Shown here piece by piece: positions 13,013 to 30,752 of a stretch of DNA of 64,000 bases (its first letter is position 1; each line of letters begins with the position of its first letter). A program made the translations under genes and the position numbers. Under the pieces are notes generated by a model, which made no database searches, was not told the DNA's origin, and worked only from the letters and a program-made list of their open reading frames with translations. This DNA comes from Octopus vulgaris (lineage: Eukaryota), in NCBI GenBank assembly GCA_951406725.2, contig OX597821.1, positions 102,672,001-102,736,000 on the forward strand. The letters are read 5' to 3'.

Positions 13013-13143
13013 CTATGTATGTATGTATATATATATATATGTATCAATAATAAAGCGATTGTTTCTTATCAGGAAAAAAATGTTTAATAGGACTGCTATA
13101 GAAGTGCTCAATTAAATGAGACAAATATATTAAACTATGGTTG

Positions 13144-13560
13144 CAGAACAAACAAATATAAGGTCATCCACGTAACATTTCATATCTCGAACATTTAATC
13201 ACAAAATGCTTTTTCTTTCATATAGAATATACATGCATAAAATCACGGAAGATGAAACACAACTCATCAATACAAGCATACAAGAAAAATATTAAAGAAA
13301 GGTGTGAATACAGTCTATCACGGTTAAAAATTAATGATTAATACTTTAGCGACTAAAACAAAAATATATTTTAACATTTTAACATCGAGAATAATAAATA
13401 TATAAAAATATAAAGAAATATATAAATATATAAATATATAGAAAAATATAAAAATACATATATATAGGAAACATATAAATAAATAAGGTAAGATAAAAAG
13501 TTCATCGTTTAGAAATTTTTTTCGATTAAAAATTACTTTTCAAGATAAGGGAAAACCTAT
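13144..13560 (+). repeat. AT-rich interspersed repeat, second copy at about 54890-55308
   Basis: Shared aaggtcatccacRtaacatttcatatctcgaacatttaatc...cacggaagatgaaac...aaaagttcatcgtttagaaa...ttaaaaattacttttcaa. Confidence 0.8.
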
Positions 13561-13634
13561 ATATGTATGAATGTATGTATATATATGTATATATACTGTT
13601 CGCCCCACAAAGATTATATTTAAGGAATATCAGC

Positions 13635-14046
13635 CCCTTAGTATAGATTTCAAATTTTGGCACAATGCCAGGAATTTTCTTGGAAGCTAGTAAGTCGATT
13701 GCATCGACCCCCACTTTTCAACTAGTACTTATTTAATCGACCCCTAAAGGATGAAAGGCAAAGTGGATCTCGGCAGAATTTGAACTCAGAACGTAGAGAC
13801 AGACGAAATACCTATTTCTTTACTACCCACAAGGGGCTAAACACAGAGGGGACAAACAAGGACAGACAAAGGGATTAAGTCGATTATATCAACCCCAGTG
13901 CGTAACTGGTACTTATTTAATCGACCCCGAAAGGATGAAAGGCAAAGTTGACCTCGGCGGGATTTGAACTCGGAACGTAACGGTAGACGAAATACGGCTA
14001 CGCATTTCACTCGGCGTGCTAACGATTCTGCCAGCTCGCCGCCTTA
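13635..14046 (-). mobile_element. Tandem SINE family A copies (full plus partial)
   Basis: Two Nin-like cores (gaaaggatgaaaggcaaag), with the head at 14046. Confidence 0.85.
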
Positions 14047-14624
14047 ACTTAGCTGTTTCTTGCGATATATACCAATGAAAGAAAATATTTTCAGGGGTCC
14101 TTAAAAGCGATACATACCAATGCATACATCGAAAGAAAATATTTTCAGGGGTCCTTAGAATACTGTTTTGTTGCGTGGAACCCCGCCAAAATATTATATG
14201 GACCATCGGGTTGGGGTGGGGGAATAATTGCTGGAATAACTGTAGAAATAATATCAACGTCGACGTCGACAAGCATAACAACAACACGATTGGCATCAGC
14301 TGATTGCTGGGATGCGAACGAAGGATGAATACAGAACACGGACAAACTCTTGCACATACATTCATATATACATACATACATACATACATACAAACACATA
14401 TACATACGTACATACACATATACATACATAGATACATACATACATACACATATACATACATACATACATACATACACATAAACAGACATGCATACACACA
14501 CTCACATACACACACATATACATACATTTATACATGCGTACACACACATTCATACATACACGCATAGATTCATATACATGCATAGATATACATACATACA
14601 TATACATACATACATCCATACATA

Positions 14625-14880
14625 CATGTTCAGGTTTATACCTGTAATTCTTTGGGCCCTGGCATATGTTACACACTGCCTTTATACGAATCTTGAGAAA
14701 TTAGGCTTCTCAAAAGCAGAAAGGAGAAAGGTAATTCGAAGACTACAGATCCAATCCATCACTGGAACTGTAAAAAAATATATAAAACTTCCCAGAAGTC
14801 TATCATTTAAATATATATGAGCATGTTTAGATATGTAGCTATATGCATGAGAATTCATATATAAAGCAAAACGGACAAAT
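14625..14880 (+). pseudogene. 3' end of RLE non-LTR retrotransposon embedded in (CATA)n
   Basis: FRFIPVILWALAYVTHCLYTNLEKLGFSKAERRKVIRRLQIQSITGTVK, homologous to the relics at 5090, 41540-43745 and 45300. (CATA)n-type repeats on both flanks. Confidence 0.8.
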
Positions 14881-15653
14881 CTGCACACATACATACATAC
14901 ATACATACAAACAAACATACACTCAAAAATTCATACATACGTACACACAGTCACATACACACACATATACATACATACATACATACATACACACATGCAT
15001 ACATAGATACACATATACACACATACTTATACATACATACATACATACATACATACACATGCATACATACACACACATACATACAGAAGCACATATATTC
15101 ATACATACAAACATAGACACGCACATGTATTTACATACTCATATACAAACACATACATACGTACACATACATAGACACACATATACATACAGACATACAT
15201 ACATACATTTTACACATACACATAAATACATACATATATACACACACACACATGATCTTATTTCTTGGTTCAGTCATTCGACTGCGGCCATGCTGGGGCA
15301 CCACCTCGAAGGGTTATTAATCGAGCGATTCGACACCAGTACTTATTTTTTAACACCTGGCTTTAATTTTATTGGCTACCTTTTGCTGAACCGCTAGGTT
15401 AGGAAGATGTAAACAAACCGGTTGTCAAATGATGGTGGGGCTCAACCACCACCCCCAACAACACATATACAGGCAGAAATATATACGTCACTAAAGTGAC
15501 AAAGGGCACTAATGAGTACGGGTATTGCTAGAAATAAGAGTCAAAACAACTCAGTAGTCACAAAAGCACAATTTCAGCCTTTGCGAGCCCAAAACCTTAT
15601 GGTTGAGGAACAAACTTCATAACACACAGCCCATCTACACACACATGCAGAGA

Positions 15654-15723
<70 letters not shown>

Positions 15724-15847
15724 GCCTTCTTCTTTTCTACCCAAAGTTTTTCGACCCAGTATTTACATGCTGTTATTTCTAACTTTATGTGTTTCGAGAT
15801 CCTGTATTCCCAAACAGAATTCACCTATTCTTGCAGGTTTATGAAAT

Positions 15848-15916
<69 letters not shown>

Positions 15917-15960
15917 CATGTATATGTATATATATACATATATATGTATATATATATATG

Positions 15961-16039
<79 letters not shown>

Positions 16040-16144
16040 TATATCGATGTGTGTTATTACATTGAAAGTTTACCGCATATCGGTACGATAACAAGTTGAT
16101 AGTTGAAACACACACACACACACGCACACACACACACACACACA

Positions 16145-16175
<31 letters not shown>

Positions 16176-16365
16176 CACACACATATACACACACACAAAA
16201 GCATCACAAAAACTGCTACTCAGAGTTTCACGTTCCCCTTCGACAGGTAGTTGTGATCAATGCAGATATTTGCACGTTTTAAATGAGTATATACGTAAGT
16301 ATATACATATGTATACATATATGCAAGCATGTAGATGCAGTATAGGCGAGTGGTTAAGGAGTTCA

Positions 16366-16596
16366 GGCGGCGAGCTGGCAGAAACGTTAGCGCGCCGGGC
16401 GAAATGCTTAGCGGTATTTCGTCTGTCGTTACGTTGTGAGTTCAAATTCCGCCGAGGTCGACTTTGCCTTTCATCCTTTCGGGGTCGATAAATTAAGTAC
16501 CAGTTACGCACTGGGTCGATGTAATCGACTTAATACCTATGTCTGTCCTTGTTTGTCCCCTCTGTGTTTAGCCCCTTGTGGGTAATAAAGAAATAG
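16366..16596 (+). mobile_element. SINE family A
   Basis: Near-identical to 2203-2434. Confidence 0.9.
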
Positions 16597-17267
16597 GTTA
16601 GTTCACTTCGCCGCTACATGAAATTGGATCGATCCCACTGCGCGGCATCTTAGACATTTGTCAGCATTTGTCATAGCCTCCTAATCACCTGATGTCTTTC
16701 GCGTTAAATTGGTTAGGCGGTAAACTGCCGGACAAATGTATTATACCTCAAGAATTCACAGGATACAGTTTTGTACCCATCCCCACAAGAAACCTGACCT
16801 AAATGCTTGCAACAGAGGAGAGACCGTTAAAGGGGGTACTCAGAAGTAGGTAAATCGTGTTAAACCGGTCAACGGTTTAATTCTGCCACCTCAGTACATC
16901 ATGGTATGATTTAAACTTAAGAACGCTAAACCTAGGGCAAACACCACTCCTATAACGCACTAGTTCTCATCCGGGGTCCACGCAAGCAAAATGGTATATT
17001 TGGGATATACAGCAGTATTTTAAGGGTCCATAGAAAAAATGTTGTTTTATATGTATCTATTGCATAAAACAACTAGGTTTCTTTCTCTAATATTCAACAG
17101 AGTGCAACATGGTTGCAGACACCGAAACATGTTATCTCAAAGAATGCCATTGTAAATCTACACAAATAAACGAGTGAAAAACAAAATAGGAATTTTCAAA
17201 GAAGTATCGATAAAACTAGTTTTTAAACATAGAACATTGCCTTAGACATGTAGTTTATTTATCGTGT

Positions 17268-17485
17268 GTGCATGTGTGCGTGCGTAACCACATATGGACT
17301 GTTGGCGATTTTTTTTCCTTCATCTTCCTTTTTTCTTGGACTTTCCTCTGTCTCCTCTCTCTGAAGAAGAGCTTTGCTCAAAACATAAAGCCCCCTTTCT
17401 TCCCTTCTCTGAGCGTCTTAGTAATAGTTTGCATGTACCACGTCCTCGCGTTGTTGCTTTTTTTCTTGTGGTTTTTCTCCTTTTC
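17268..17485 (+). mobile_element. Penelope-like pseudo-LTR fragment with decayed variant hammerhead
   Basis: CTGAAGA-A-GAGC(TTT)GCTC-AAAACAT at 17361-17386. Homologous to 37515-37717 (-). Confidence 0.55.
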
Positions 17486-17504
17486 TTTATTAAATTATAT
17501 ATAT

Positions 17505-17852
17505 ACTCTTTTACTTGTTTCAGTCATTTGACTGCGGCCATGCTGGAGCACCGCCTTTTAGTCGAGCAAATCGACCCCAGGATTTATTCTTTGTAAGCCT
17601 AGTACTTATTCTATCAGTCTATTTGGCTGAACCGCTAAGTTACGGGGATGTAAACACACCACCATCGGTTGTCAAGCAATGGTGGGGGGACAAACACAGA
17701 CATACAAACATATATCTATACATATATACGACAGGCTTCTTCCAGTTTCCGTCTAACAAATCCACTCACAAGGCTTTGGTCGGCCCGAGCTATAGTAGAA
17801 GACACTTGCCCAAGGTGCCACGCAGTGGTAATGAACCCGGAACCATGTGGTT
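17505..17852 (-). mobile_element. SINE family B
   Basis: Collinear match to 9585-10029. Confidence 0.9.
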
Positions 17853-17853
17853 G

Positions 17854-17886
<33 letters not shown>

Positions 17887-17933
17887 TGTATGTATGTATG
17901 TATGTATGTATGTATGTATATAAGAATATATAA

Positions 17934-17972
<39 letters not shown>

Positions 17973-18164
17973 GAATAAGCGAGTAAGTATACAGGTCAAG
18001 CCACATGCTGAAAGAAGACGCCAAATATCTCTCAACTACCTTAAAATATCACAATAAACACACGCCTAACTCGGGCAAATAAACGAATAAGATCCATGAA
18101 GAGTTTCAGTTACATATCAATTGATTTCCGGATAAAGGAGAAACACCCTTTTCCATCCTCATAT

Positions 18165-18246
<82 letters not shown>

Positions 18247-18814
18247 GTGTGTGTGTGTGTGTGTGCGTGTGTGTGTATGTATAATGTGTGTGTATCTTTA
18301 TGTCCACTTGGTTTGACAAAAGAGACCGATAGAGTAAGTACCAGGCATAAAAGAAATGATGAGCACTAGATCGATTCTTTCGACTCAAATTCTTCAAGGC
18401 GGTCCCCCAGCATGGCCGCAGTCTAATGATTGAAGCAAGCAAAATATAAAAGACAAATGATATGTATATATATATGATATATATAGTTATTCATTCATAT
18501 ATGTGTGTGCACGCACGTGTGCTTGTGTTTGCTTTCCTCCCGCTTCGCAACCTGGTGTGTTTTTTATGCCCCTATATATTTGCGGTTCGGCTAAAGAATC
18601 CGACAGAATAAGCTTCAGACGTGAATAAGAAGCGTTACAAGATGAATTTATTCGACCAAGCACTTTAAGGCGGTGCCCAAGCATGGCCACAGTACAATGA
18701 TAATCAAGTAAAAAAATATGTGTGTGTGTCTTTATGCCCGCTTGGCAACAACTGTTAGTGTGTTTACATTCATGTAACATAGCGGTTCGCCAAATGAAAC
18801 CGATGGAGTAAGTA

Positions 18815-19030
18815 CCTATTTCTTTATTACCCACAAGGGGTTAAACACAGAGGGGACAAACAAGGACAGACATAGGTATTAAGTCGATTACATCGACCCC
18901 AGTGCGTAACTGGTACTTAATTTATCGACCCCGAAAGGATGAAGGGCAAAGTCGACCTCGGCGGAATTTGAACTCACAACGTAATGCAGACGAAATACCG
19001 CTAAGCATTTCGCTCGGTGTGCTAACGTTA
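18815..19030 (-). mobile_element. SINE family A inserted into a family B 3' fragment (18520-19125)
   Basis: The family B sequence stops at aagtacc and resumes aggcataaaagaaatgat after the family A copy. Confidence 0.8.
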
Positions 19031-19243
19031 GGCATAAAAGAAATGATAGGCACTGGGTCGATTCCTTCGACTTAAATTCTTCAAGGCGGTGCCTCTGCAT
19101 GGCCGCAGTCTAGTGATTGAAACAAGCTCTCATGGAACGGATCTCTGATGAGAAGCATTCCAGCCATGACAAACCCGTCGAATTAAGAAATATTACTAAG
19201 GCAAGATTATCCAGGGTCCCAGTTCCTGTCAGAAAACACTAGG

Positions 19244-20490
19244 GGCATACCTACACAAGTGCGCTACTCCGACTTTGTTTCCTCATAGCTTTCAGAAAAA
19301 TGGGTGTTTTTTTTAAATGAAATTGTCTACAAATATCTTCCAGAGTGTTTAAATCACGATTGTATCGGAATTTGATGTTCAAAGAAAAATGGTGAGCATG
19401 AACAAATACATAGTGACACACATACTCTTATACTCTTTTACTTGTTTCAGTCATTTGACTGCGGCCATGCTAGAGCACCGCCTTTAGTCGAGCAACTCGA
19501 CCCCGGGACTTATTCTTTTGTAAGCCCAGTACTTATTCTATCGGTCTCTTTTGCCGAACCGCTAAGTAAAGGGGACATAAACACACCAGCATCAGTTGTG
19601 AAGCAATGCTAGGGGGACAAACACAGAAACACAAACACACACACGCATATATATATATATATATACACATATATACGACGGGCTTCTTTCAGTTTCCGTC
19701 TACCAAATCCACTCAGAAGGCTTTGGTCGGCCCGAGGCTATAGTAGAAGCCACTTGCCCAAGGTGCCACGCAGTGGGACTGAACCCGGAACCATGTGGTT
19801 GGTAAACAAGCTACTTACCACACATCACAATTTTCTTTTTTGAAATTTCAAGTTTCATTTTGTAGATATATTTTATGTTTGCCATCCATTTTTTTTTCTC
19901 TTGTGGAGGCGCGTGGCTTAGTGGTTAGGGTGTTCGGCTCATGATCGTAAGGTCGTGAGTTCAATTTCCGGCGACGTATTGTGTCCTTCCTTGGGCAAGA
20001 CACTTTATTTCACGTTGCTCCAGTTCACTCACCTGACAAAAATGAGTTGTACCTGTATTTCAAAGGGACCAGCCTTGTCACACTCCCTGTGACGCCGAAT
20101 CTCTCTCAGAACCACGTTAAGGGTTACACGTGTCTGTGGAGTGCTCAGTCACTGTTCCGTTAATCGGATCAACTGGAACCGTCGTCGTAAGCGCCGGGAG
20201 TGCCATTTATTTTTTTCTTTTATCCTTATTAAGTTCCCATATAATCGTAATCTACACACGCTGAAAGGTGTTTGTAGGAAATACACATTTTTCTAAAACT
20301 TTTCAGAAACATCCCATTCGCGCGAATTTTTCAAAACTCCTCTTCTCATCCACAGCAAAAGATTTTCCACGACGAATTCCGATATAACCACAATATACAC
20401 TATCTGAAGCGTATTTGTAGAGAATTTCACTTCAAAATATCTATATTTCTAGACGTTATGAGGAAACAAAGACTAGGGTGTAGGTATGCC
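19244..20490. mobile_element. Old MITE with long imperfect TIRs, carrying nested SINEs (family B 19425-19824 on -, family C-related 19905-20205 on +)
   Basis: ggcatacctacac...ctttgtttcctcata...tgaaattStctacaaata at the left end is the reverse complement of about 20350-20490. Confidence 0.7.
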
Positions 20491-20806
20491 ATAATATGTT
20501 GTGATTTGACTGAGCTTTTATTTTCGCTGTTATTTCCTGCAAGGCGAACGACCACACCAAAAACTTCCTCGTTTGTTTGATGTATAGCTGTAGGCACAAT
20601 CATGCGTATATATTATATATTTATAAAGTAATATAAAGATATTTCTTATAAAAGGAATCATATATGCACGTGTGTACATATATATGTATTATTTTGTGCG
20701 TGTGTGAATGAATATATGTATATATATGTATATATGTGCACACACACACACATATATAAATATTTGTTCCGTATAAAGCATCTTATATAAATATATATGC
20801 ATGTAG

Positions 20807-20872
<66 letters not shown>

Positions 20873-21091
20873 GTTTCTCTGTTTTTTCGTTGTTCGAAAA
20901 GAGTTCGTTTTCTATGTTTTTGTTTTTATGTTTTCGTTTCTCATTGTGTTCAACGTTTTTTTGATGTCCTGTACCCATATATGCATGTATATATACATAT
21001 ATATGTAGGTATGTATGTATATATGCATATATTTATATATTATTTATAATATTATATGATCGAACGCCACGCATCTTTTTCCCAGTAAGTT

Positions 21092-21209
<118 letters not shown>

Positions 21210-21224
21210 GTCTATCTATCTATC

Positions 21225-21262
<38 letters not shown>

Positions 21263-21283
21263 CACATACACACACTCACATAC

Positions 21284-21358
<75 letters not shown>

Positions 21359-21735
21359 GTCATATGCGTGTGTGTGTACAACACAGAGAGAGAGAGAGAG
21401 AGAGACAGAGAGAGAGAGAGAGAAAGGAAGAGAGAATAAATATACACAGATGGATGGCAATCATCTATGCATAAGAATGCATTAAATCGCACACACCAAA
21501 TCCCCTATGTGTGTATGCATGTGTGCGTGTACATACATACATACATACATACATAAATACATCATACATACATACAAACATATGTATGTATATGTATAAT
21601 CGGTTTGAGAATCTGTGTGAAGCGTGAAGGCCATGACAAACTTAGACAAACTAATGGAGGGTATTTAATAACACTGGTGTGTGTATGTACGCATGTATGT
21701 TTATATGAATGTATGTATGTATGTATGTATACATA

Positions 21736-21953
21736 CTGGCAGAAACGTTAGCACGCCGGGCGAGATGCTTAGTGGTATTTCGTCTGCCGTTACGTTGTGA
21801 GTTCAAATTCCGCCGAGGTCGACTTTGCCTTTCATCTTATCGAGGTCGATAAATTAAGTACCAGTTACGCACTGGGGTCGATGTAATCGACTTAATACCT
21901 ATGTCTGTCCTTGTTTGTTCCTTCTATGTTTAGCCGCTTGTGGGTATTAAGAA

Positions 21954-21954
<1 letters not shown>
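21736..21954 (+). mobile_element. SINE family A (slightly 5'-truncated)
   Basis: Match to 2203-2434, within (TATG)n. Confidence 0.85.
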
Positions 21955-21984
<30 letters not shown>

Positions 21985-22451
21985 TGTATGTATGTATGTA
22001 TGTATGTATGTATGCATGTATGTATGTATGTATGTATGTATGTATGTATGTATGTATGTATGTATGTATGTACGTATGTATGCAGGTGTGTGTATATATA
22101 TATGTGTGTGTGTATGTGAATGTATATGTATATATATATATATATGTATATATGATATAATATAAAACATATGTACAGTATATGTATTATAGATGTTTGT
22201 ACACGCACCCCCCACACACAAACACACACACACGCACACATGCACGCAGACATGTGCCTATACACGCGTGTATAACGCCAACTTTTCAAACAATGTGACA
22301 ATATATCGATTCCATTCTCACACGCAACACACGTGCACAAACACACACACAGAAAGACAGAGGAACAGATTGACAAACTTACGGACATGCTTACAGACAG
22401 ACAGACAGACAGGCAAATACGAAAGTTAAGTGACAATTGCCAGGGACTAAC

Positions 22452-22652
22452 CTCGTATCGTAATTCTCCAATCGGGGGTTGCGCGTAAGGAATCCCAAGA
22501 TATTTTTCTACTTCCTTTTCTCCGTGTAAGGTTTGCACAAATCCTTTAATAATTCCATAGTTTGATTGTCTGAAGATGTAGGTTCGATCTTCGCTCATGG
22601 CACCGACCATAAGATTGGCCAACATCAAGAAAGCCACCAGTAGCAACGCCAT
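22452..22652 (-). CDS. First coding exon of a secreted carboxyl/cholinesterase-family protein (neuroligin- or acetylcholinesterase-like)
   Basis: ATG at 22652 with an in-frame TAG upstream at 22679-22677. Translation MALLLVAFLMLANLMVGAMSEDRTYIFRQSNYGIIKGFVQTLHGEKEVEKYLGIPYAQPPIGELRYE: hydrophobic signal peptide, then the COesterase N-terminal signature (YG.I.G ... YLGIPYA.PP.G.LR). Ends at a phase-0 donor GAG|GTTAGT at 22452/22451. The subfamily cannot be resolved from this exon alone. Confidence 0.9.
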
Positions 22653-23749
22653 CAATAATTCTTTCTGTGTTCTTATCTATTTCTTACGCTTTTTTTGTCT
22701 CTGCTTCTCTGTCTCATGTATTCTCACGTACGAACACACATACACGAATATACTGACAAATACACACACACACACACGCACACACACCTACACTAGTACA
22801 CTTACACACGTATAAATATAAACAAAAACAACCTCTCGCTCTCTCTCTCTCTCTCGCTCTGTCTTTCCCTCCCTCCCTCACACAATATGTACACAAACAC
22901 AGATACACACACACACACACACACGGTACCTCTTCGTCAGCTATAGACACACCTACACATAGATTATCTGTCACCTTCACTACACACACACATAACGCAC
23001 ACGCACACACACAAACTCACACACACACACAAACAAAAGCTCACTGCCAACTACACACGCGCACACATATGTATGTATGTGTGTGTGCGTTAGTATATAT
23101 ATATATATATATATATACACGCGATCTATTTGCCAATTAAACACACAGCCTTTACTCAGCGACTCAGGGCAGGGGAAAGGAAAAAAAAAAAACGAGGCGA
23201 ATATCTTTACTCACAAGCGTATACGCACACTCACAACGTGCTTTACAACGCCGCACTCACATTCACACGCATACACAGAGTGAGAGTATGAGTGTGAGAG
23301 ACAGAGAGAGAGAGAGGGGCAGAGTATATGTGCGTGTGCGTGTGCGTGGGCCTCTGTGGTGTGTGTACGTGTTTTTTTTCTCTTTCGCTTCGCTTTTTCG
23401 TAAAAGTAACGTTCTTCGCGCAGATAAACTAATTTCTACATCTTTTTCATCAACAAAACAACAAGCGGCGACGGGCGGCAAAACAGTTTTCCGTTTGGTC
23501 TTGTTATCGTGTTATTGTTTACAGGTTATTATTATTATTATTCTTATTATTTCTGTTATTGTTTTTGTTATTTCGATTCTTATTGTTATTATTGTCCCCT
23601 TATTACTTCCTTGATTATATTACAAAGGTTCCCCCAAGAAAACAGGGTGTTTTTACTTGTAAATGCTCCTCTTGTCGGTACCGTCACTATTGATAATACA
23701 TTAATTTTTGGCTGCCGTTTTCAAATATTGTTGCTACTGTTCTTACACT

Positions 23750-27170
<3,421 letters not shown>

Positions 27171-27328
27171 TTTTTCTCCTTCCGTCCCGACAACGCCTCG
27201 TCACAGCCGCCAGTTGCGGAAACTCGCGCTGCGCTTCAAGCTTCCTCCTTAACCTCCTACAAAAACAGTCAGTACAAAGAAGAACAGCGAACTCGAGTCA
27301 GAAACACACACACACACATACACACACG

Positions 27329-27389
<61 letters not shown>

Positions 27390-27479
27390 ACACACTCACA
27401 CACACACACACAAAGAAAAACCACGCCGCGCACACACACACGCACACACACGCACACACACGCATACACATGGAAAAAG

Positions 27480-27704
27480 TAAGATGGATAGATGGGAAGA
27501 TAGATATATAGATAAGTTGATGGCTAGGTCATTGAAGGGGTAGATACATTTGTAGATAGACCAGGTGATAGGTAAACGGATGGATGGATGGATGTGTAGA
27601 AAAACAGATATACAGATATAGTTAAGTTGGTAGGTAGATATAGATATATGGGTAGGGAGATAAATAGATGGGTACATAGATAGGTAGGTAGGTAGGTAGG
27701 TAGG

Positions 27705-27755
<51 letters not shown>

Positions 27756-28377
27756 GAAGATGGGTAGACAGATAGACAGTTAAATAGATGGGTAGATAAG
27801 TAGTTAGATAGATAGATAGTAAGATCGATAAATACATAGATAGATAGACAGACAAAGTGATAGATAGATGGATGGGTAGATAGATAGATGGAGAGATGGA
27901 AAGATGGGTAGATGAATGGAGATAGTTAGATAGATGGGTCGATAGATAGATGAGTAGATAGATAAATAAATAAATAAATAGATAGACAGACAAACAGATA
28001 GATAGATAGATATGTATGTAGTTTAATAAGCAGAATGCTCAATGGACAGATACATAGATAGATGGTAGATGGGTAGATAGATAGATAGGTAGACAGAATG
28101 TTGGATAAATAGATAAACAAATTGATGGATAGAGAAATATATAGATACGAGATTGATACAGACAGATATAGTTAAGAAGAGCGGTAGATAGATATATAGG
28201 TGATAAGTAGATAGATGTATGTATTGACAGATAGATAGATAGATAGATGAGAATATAAGAGTATGGTGAGGGAAAGAGAAAAACAGATGAACACACGAAG
28301 CGAAGTTTTGACTGTTTATGAAATGGGTGTCGATCGTCTACCTCTCCTCATCGTTATCTTTCAACACATTATATCCG

Positions 28378-28457
<80 letters not shown>

Positions 28458-28460
28458 CCT
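27480..28460. repeat. Degenerate (GATA)n block followed by (TATC)n
   Basis: Read directly from the sequence. Confidence 0.9.
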
Positions 28461-28484
28461 TTTTTGTTATGTATATCTTTAATC

Positions 28485-29505
28485 TTGTTTCAGTCATTAG
28501 ACTGTGACCATACTGGAGCACCTCCTTGAATTTTTATTCGAGTGTATCGAACCCAGCATTTACTTTTTTGGTAAGCTTGGTACTTATGCTATCGACATCT
28601 TTTGCCGAACTGCTAGGTTACGCTGACGTCAACACACCAACACCGGCTGTCAAACGGTGATGGGATACACACAAACGCACACACATACACGACAAACTTC
28701 TTTCAGTTTCCTATTTCTTTCTTGCCCACAAAGGGCTAAACATTGAGGGGACAAACAAGGACAGACAAAGGGATTAAGTCGATTACATTGACCCCAGTAC
28801 GTAACTGGTACTTTATTTATTTATCGACCCCGAAAGGATGAAAAGCAAAGTCGACCTCGACGGAATTTGAACTCAGAACGTAGCGGCAGACGAAATACCG
28901 CTATACATTTCGCCCGGCGTGCTAACGTTTCTGCCAGCTCGCCGCCTTAAACTTCTTTCAGTTTCCGTCTACCAGTTCAACTCACAGGGGCTCGAGGCTA
29001 TAGTAGAAGACGTCCTACGAAGAAAGGCTGAGGACGCTCGACCTTTATTCTCTTGAAAAACGCCGCCGCCGTGGTGATCTCATTCTCGCCCACAACATCA
29101 TAAGCGGGAAGTGTAACCTCTCGAAAGAGCTGTTCTTCACTCCTGCTCCGGAGCGTCGGCTGCGGGGTCATTCCGAAAAGCTCTACCTGCGACGATTTCA
29201 TCTCAATCGAAGGAGGGGAGCTTTCTCCGTCCGGGTTGCGGATCCGTGGAACAAGCTGCCAGATGAGATGGTGAAGATGCCGACGACCGCTTTGTTCAAA
29301 GCCTCCCTGGACCTCAAGTGGCCTGAACTCTTTACATGAACACCACCCTGTACTTAACTCCATGTCCCCCTACATGGCCTTGCTATTTGCTTTTGAGCCA
29401 AATTAACTAACTAACTAACTAACTAACTAACATGCCCGTGATTCCACGTAGTAGGACTGAACCCGGAACCATGTGGTTGGGTAGTAAGCTTCTTACCACA
29501 CAGCC
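28485..29505 (-). mobile_element. SINE family B interrupted by a family A SINE (28710-28948) and a LINE fragment
   Basis: aaacttctttcagtttcc is duplicated around the family A copy. The family B head resumes at about 29432 after the LINE tail. Confidence 0.8.
29013..29431 (+). mobile_element. 5'-truncated CR1/L2-group LINE: uninterrupted ORF2 C-terminus, 3' UTR and (AACT)n tail
   Basis: Open frame 29013-29339: SYEERLRTLDLYSLEKRRRRGDLILAHNIISG...LRGHSEKL...FSVRVADPWNKLP...FKASLD (CR1-type motifs Y.ERL..L.L.SLE.RR.RGD, RGH..KL, WN.LP). (AACT)n at 29405-29431. Confidence 0.9.
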
Positions 29506-29691
29506 CAAATTTCGGGAATGGGAAGTCACAGGAGATGTGCCGAAATATTTTCAAATAAAGGACAATAAAATAAGAACAATAACAAGAACAAATTTGTGAG
29601 GTGAAGAATGAATATACAGTGCGTGTGTTCATTTGGCAAAAAAAAAAAAAAATAACCGTCCCGAAATATAACAATTTGCAAAACAAATATA

Positions 29692-30313
29692 GGATCTTCG
29701 TGGTTTTCGTCGCTGTTTACAATTGTCTTTAAAAAAGACTGTTAATATATCATATAGATGTAATTTTACACGCTGAATCGGAATTTGTTACTCATTGATT
29801 CTAGAAAAAATTTGCAAAAATATTACAGGTATTCAAATTTTGATAATTTTCAGAATTTTTAGCCAATCAGAAAACAGCACGTTCGCTGCCTCTTCCATCG
29901 TCAGGGAGGAGTTGGGGCATCGGCATGTTAAAACATTAAACTAGGATTTTATAAAATGAATTATCTTCCTCGTATCTCTTTCTCTTCCTTGTGCGCATGC
30001 GCAGCATCTTTGGTTACTGTGGAAACAGTTCTTCGCAATCAGCTATGCATTATCTTGGGCATGTGTCTTCTACTATAGTCGTGTATGTGTGTGTTTGTGT
30101 GTATCCCACCACCGTTTGATAGCCAGTGTTGGTGTGTTGACTCAGCGTACCTAGCGGTTCGGCAAAAGATGTCGATATAGCATAAGTACCAAGCTTACCA
30201 AAAATAGTAAATGCTGGGTCCGATACATTCGAGGTCACTGGATTTCGTTAAGGGTGCATGTCACTGTGTCATACACGCTAACTCAATGAGTAAGGTAGCT
30301 CGGAAGTTTGGGC

Positions 30314-30385
<72 letters not shown>

Positions 30386-30752
30386 ACTCACACATACACA
30401 TACACGCACGTACTCACATGCATGTGTGTGTAACGATGCGCTTACTTATAATTTCCGTGTATCAAATTCAATCACAAGGCGTTGGTTAGTCCTCGGTTAC
30501 AGTATAAGACATTTGCCCGTATAAATGGAAATCTATGGAAATTTTCGCCACGGTGATATGTAAAATACTCGCTTCTGTTTGGCTAAAATACCCAAAATTT
30601 GCAAATTTGAAAGGTTAATAACTTTTTAATGATGGATCTATTGGAAAAATGAATTTCATTTTCATAATTAGTATACAAGACATAATCCTTATACCAACTT
30701 TGAAAGCAATTGGAACAAAATTGTAAACTCTGACGAAGACCACAAAGAATCA
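29692..30752. mobile_element. MITE with about 35-bp imperfect TIRs and nested SINE fragments (30050-30520)
   Basis: Left end gatcttcgtggttttcgtcgctgtttacaatt; right end reverse complement gattctttgtggtcttcgtcagagtttacaatt. Confidence 0.6.

Larger units (their letters stand above)
11835..14210. mobile_element. Old hAT-like MITE (ggggttctcaacc start) split by nested insertions
   Basis: Segments 11835-11872, 12292-12458 and 14047-14210 join into one element. An inverted homologue lies at about 16958-17235. Confidence 0.55.

Noticed and set aside
13165-13280. Possible hammerhead in the 13144/54890 repeat (TTGATGA or CAGATGA ... GAAATGTT)
   Set aside because: Neither copy has an intact core, and stems I and II cannot be paired convincingly.
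21930-22451. C-terminal 170 aa of the 241-aa ORF
   Set aside because: Read-through into the intron past the GT donor at 22451; microsatellite-derived.
28998-29363. 121-aa minus-strand ORF
   Set aside because: Antisense shadow of the plus-strand CR1-type ORF2 fragment.
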